Origin: Bacteroidia bacterium
GTDB lineage: Bacteria > Bacteroidota > Bacteroidia > NS11-12g > UBA9320
Reading direction: 5' to 3'
DNA: 64,000 bases
Assembly (NCBI GenBank): GCA_018402155.1
Contig: JAGYJG010000001.1
Span: forward strand, 418,831 to 482,830
Positions 61,054-64,000 of this stretch are shown here, one piece after another; the first letter of the stretch is position 1, and each line of letters begins with the position of its first letter. Position numbers and translations under genes: made by a program. A model generated the notes under the pieces. It did no database searches. It was not told the origin of the DNA and saw only the letters and a list, made by a program, of their open reading frames with translations.

Positions 61054-62643
61054 TTATCTTATTGTGATAATAATTGGACTTAGATTAGCTGAAAAACCGT
61101 ATTTGGCTTCAGTTGCTCTAATTTCCTCTAACAAAATTCTATCACCAGATTGTGCAGATCTCATTAGACTTTGCATCTCTCCGGTAAGTGTACCACTGCC
61201 AGATGATTTTATAACTGGCGGTTTCCTTTTATAAGCCATTATCATTTTAAAACCAGTAACTCTATAGTTTAAATTGTATGCAAATCCTGCACCCATAGAA
61301 GCTATTATAGTAGTTTGAGCACCCACTGCAGATTTACCTTTTGGTAAGCCATCATTGGGTATTCCACCTAGTTGTGCTGTAGGTTGCGGCAAACTTCTGA
61401 CCCTAAATTTCGAAGATCCTACTGTCTTAGTTTTACCATCTCTAGTGATGGAGGCTGTGATGGTAACTTCTTTACTAGTACTCGCTGGCACTTTAGCATT
61501 GTATTTACCACCTCCAAGTGATTGTAAATTCAAACCTGGTGCAGATATTTTCACCTCGCTAGCAGCAAAACCTGGTACAGAGATAGACATAGGATTGTCG
61601 ATTCCTTTATACAATAAATTCATTTCTGTAGCTGCGATTGTAGCTGCTGGTTTAAATACAGTAAACTCATTTTCAAATGGGAATTCTTTCGGACCTTCAG
61701 GTCCATCAACTACGATTTTACCCGCAAATGTTTTTATACCTACGCCGCTGGCTCTTTGAGTATACTTACCTACACCTCCATCTACGTCTATATCAGTATC
61801 TCCCACAGTGATGTTTGGCTGACCTTTAGAGTTTGAGGCAACTAAAAGTATATCAGCTTCATAATTTTCACCTTCCATTACATAGTTTGACTTGGCTAAT
61901 ACTTTTGCTTCTAGTTTATCAAACTTATAATCAGTAGCATCTATGCGAAGCGCCAATCTGTCTAACGCATCAGATTCTGTAGTTTTAGCATCATTTTTGA
62001 TTCGGGCTAAGAGAGCCATAAGACCTGCGGCAGGGTTGTGCTCAAGATTCTCTTCTATCCATCCTACACCACTTACTCCTGATTTGTCGTCCATAGCGTG
62101 TAACTGAGACGCTGCCAGAGCAGCTTTATATTCAGTGAGATCTGTAATATTTGTACTGTCAGATAGTCCAGCGTCGGGCTTTAAGTATTTCAGAATGTTT
62201 TCACGAGCTTCGTTTATTTTATTCATGAATTCTTTGCCTTTAGCACCGTCATCTTTTACAGTGAAATAAAGTGCGTGATCTTCCATTTGGTCAGGAGAAA
62301 CGAGCGCTCCGGTTTCGGGGTCTCTGCCTCCGTACCACTCTTCCACCATTTTGCCAATACCATCTACATAAGCAATAAAGTCGTTCGTCGCTTTTTGAAC
62401 ACCTTTAGCTCTTTCCATGTAAGGTTTGGTTTTAGCTGCATTCTTCTCCATTGAAGCTTCCAAAGCTTTTATTGTTGAATTGTTTTTACTGTCAATATTT
62501 TCTGCAGCACTATAGAAACTCTTTTCAAATAAATAAAAAGATTTTAATATTTCTTTCGATACGTTTAAGGCGAGAAGAGCCATGAGTACAAGGTACATCA
62601 TGTTGATCATCTTCTGCCTTGGGGACATTTTTCCTCCGGCCAT
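61054..62643 (-). CDS. gldM: Gliding motility / T9SS protein GldM
   Basis: MAGGKMSPRQKMINMMYLVLMALLALNV is the hallmark GldM N-terminus. 529 aa. Confidence 0.9.
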   Translation of the reverse strand: MAGGKMSPRQKMINMMYLVLMALLALNVSKEILKSFYLFEKSFYSAAENIDSKNNSTIKALEASMEKNAAKTKPYMERAKGVQKATNDFIAYVDGIGKMVEEWYGGRDPETGALVSPDQMEDHALYFTVKDDGAKGKEFMNKINEARENILKYLKPDAGLSDSTNITDLTEYKAALAASQLHAMDDKSGVSGVGWIEENLEHNPAAGLMALLARIKNDAKTTESDALDRLALRIDATDYKFDKLEAKVLAKSNYVMEGENYEADILLVASNSKGQPNITVGDTDIDVDGGVGKYTQRASGVGIKTFAGKIVVDGPEGPKEFPFENEFTVFKPAATIAATEMNLLYKGIDNPMSISVPGFAASEVKISAPGLNLQSLGGGKYNAKVPASTSKEVTITASITRDGKTKTVGSSKFRVRSLPQPTAQLGGIPNDGLPKGKSAVGAQTTIIASMGAGFAYNLNYRVTGFKMIMAYKRKPPVIKSSGSGTLTGEMQSLMRSAQSGDRILLEEIRATEAKYGFSANLSPIIITIR

Positions 62644-62689
62644 AATTTCTTATATAATTAAATTAAATAATTGAGTTGAAACTATAAGC

Positions 62690-63355
62690 TTAAGAGTTTG
62701 GACGCATAGCGTTCAACATTCCACCATATACTTTATTTAAATTCTGAATATTTTGGTCAAAACTAACCAAACTATCATTTAAGGTAGCATTTATACTAGC
62801 TACTTTGCTAGTAGTTTCCTTGAAGGATTCAGTAGTTTCAGATAAACTGTCTAAGGCACTAACAGCTCTTCCGTACGAAGAATTCATGCCACGCAGTTGC
62901 TCGTTTGCCATATTAACATTATCAGCATATTCTTTTGTAGCAACAGTTGCTCCACTCAGGTCAGCCATAGAACTAACATTAGTTGATAGCGATTTTAAAC
63001 CAGATCCTAGTCCCTCTATTAATTCTGGTCCTATCTTAGCCTCAGCAAGCATCTTATCCAATTGCTGTGATACTGCGTCTCCTTGCGTTAGGGAAGCATT
63101 TTTTGCTCTTTCGTCCCCTTCCATGCCTGCAAGTTCTGGGTATACAAGACTCCAATCCCATTCTTCATGGATGGGCTCAAAAGCAGAAATAAAGAATATG
63201 AGAGCTTCAGTTCCCATTCCGAGGATAAGCATTTCGTTAGCACCTGTCCAGTGCATGATTTTAAAAAGTGCGCCTACAATTACAATTGCTGCTCCAATAC
63301 CATAGGCCATCGCCATGATTTTTTTACCTGATTTTGATTCAAAGAAACTTGCCAT
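62690..63355 (-). CDS. gldL: Gliding motility / T9SS protein GldL
   Basis: MAMAYGIGAAIVIVGALFKIMHW... is the hallmark GldL TM pair, followed by a cytoplasmic domain. 221 aa. Confidence 0.9.
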   Translation of the reverse strand: MASFFESKSGKKIMAMAYGIGAAIVIVGALFKIMHWTGANEMLILGMGTEALIFFISAFEPIHEEWDWSLVYPELAGMEGDERAKNASLTQGDAVSQQLDKMLAEAKIGPELIEGLGSGLKSLSTNVSSMADLSGATVATKEYADNVNMANEQLRGMNSSYGRAVSALDSLSETTESFKETTSKVASINATLNDSLVSFDQNIQNLNKVYGGMLNAMRPNS

Positions 63356-63500
63356 AATTTTTGTTGTTTTTGATTAAAGTGTTTGTTATGTTAAAATTAA
63401 TATAAAAATAATTCGTCAAATATAAAAGGGTATCTGAATTTAATTTGATTTACTTAAAAATTTAATGTGTAGTAAATAGGACGTCAATAATAGTATTTCA

Positions 63501-64000
63501 CTATCTTGAGTCATTTGCTGATCTACCTATGTATGTTTGTACGCAACGGAAGCCCACATAGGATTTAGATGTGTCTTGGTATTCGTATGATCTTGACCCA
63601 TTTTGTATGAAGTAGGCTACATCTTTCCAGCTACCTCCACGAGTTACTTTACGTTTTAGTGTCAGAGGCCCATCATCATCTGCATCGTATTGATAGTCTG
63701 AGTTTAAGTCATGCGTAAATTGCATACTAGATTCATCGTACGCAGAAATAGTCCATTCAGCTACATTTCCCGCCATATTGTATAATCCATAGTCGTTTGG
63801 AAAATAAGAGTCAGCTCTTATTGGGTATAAACCACCGTCACTCATATAGTCTCCTCGATTAGGTTTGAAGTTTGCAAGCAGACAACCTTTACTATTTCTG
63901 GTGTATGGGCCACCCCAAGGGTACATGTTATTGTCCCTACCACCACGAGCTGCAAATTCCCACTCAAATTCTGTTGGGAGTCTCCAGTCTTCGGTAATCG
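63501..64000 (-). CDS. gldK: Gliding motility lipoprotein GldK (C-terminal FGE-sulfatase domain; 5' part lies beyond the window end)
   Basis: FGE/SUMF domain motifs YPWGG, GNVAEW, RGGSW and GFRCV. The frame stays open to position 64000. Confidence 0.85.
   Translation of the reverse strand, partial: ITEDWRLPTEFEWEFAARGGRDNNMYPWGGPYTRNSKGCLLANFKPNRGDYMSDGGLYPIRADSYFPNDYGLYNMAGNVAEWTISAYDESSMQFTHDLNSDYQYDADDDGPLTLKRKVTRGGSWKDVAYFIQNGSRSYEYQDTSKSYVGFRCVQTYIGRSANDSR

Noticed and set aside
1-64000. CRISPR arrays, rRNA, tRNA, tmRNA/RNase P/SRP RNAs, transposases/integrases
   Set aside because: I found no regularly spaced direct repeats. I saw no conserved ncRNA signature (RNase P P4 helix, SRP RNA domain IV, tmRNA tag-coding region) and no transposase, integrase or recombinase motif by eye. 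A covariance-model scan would be needed to exclude small ncRNAs formally.

Overview
This 64 kb window is low-GC (about 37%) and densely coding. It looks like a chromosomal segment from a Bacteroidota genome, probably Flavobacteriia or Cytophagia. That placement rests on the gliding/T9SS core genes gldK-gldL-gldM-gldN at the 3' end, several CarboxypepD_reg-type TonB-dependent receptors, DUF1599/DUF4293/Lacal_2735-like small proteins, and TAnnTTTG-type -7 promoter boxes. Most genes are housekeeping or accessory metabolism. They include a fused B12-dependent isobutyryl-CoA mutase (IcmF type), glycine dehydrogenase GcvP, an NfeD-FloA flotillin pair, ArgS, ClpC, DnaB, PruA, Nth, LplA, RNase R, a thiolase, HU, AroK and FolP. 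Six groups are worth follow-up. (1) A four-gene minus-strand operon: two small membrane proteins, a VWA protein and a ChlI-like AAA+ ATPase. (2) A translationally coupled LpxH-like phosphoesterase, glycosyltransferase and GH1 glycosidase cassette. (3) A 1.45 kb AT-rich gap with a nonsense-disrupted ORF remnant. (4) An orphan strong terminator inside a 540 bp intergenic region, a possible sRNA. (5) A CrtD-like plus Caroten_synth carotenoid-tailoring pair. (6) Small ORFs that are missing from or mis-started in the ORF track. No rRNA, tRNA, CRISPR array or obvious mobile element was seen. Function calls come from reading translated motifs by eye, with no database search. Coordinates I derived myself (terminators, re-called starts) may be off by 1-2 nt.
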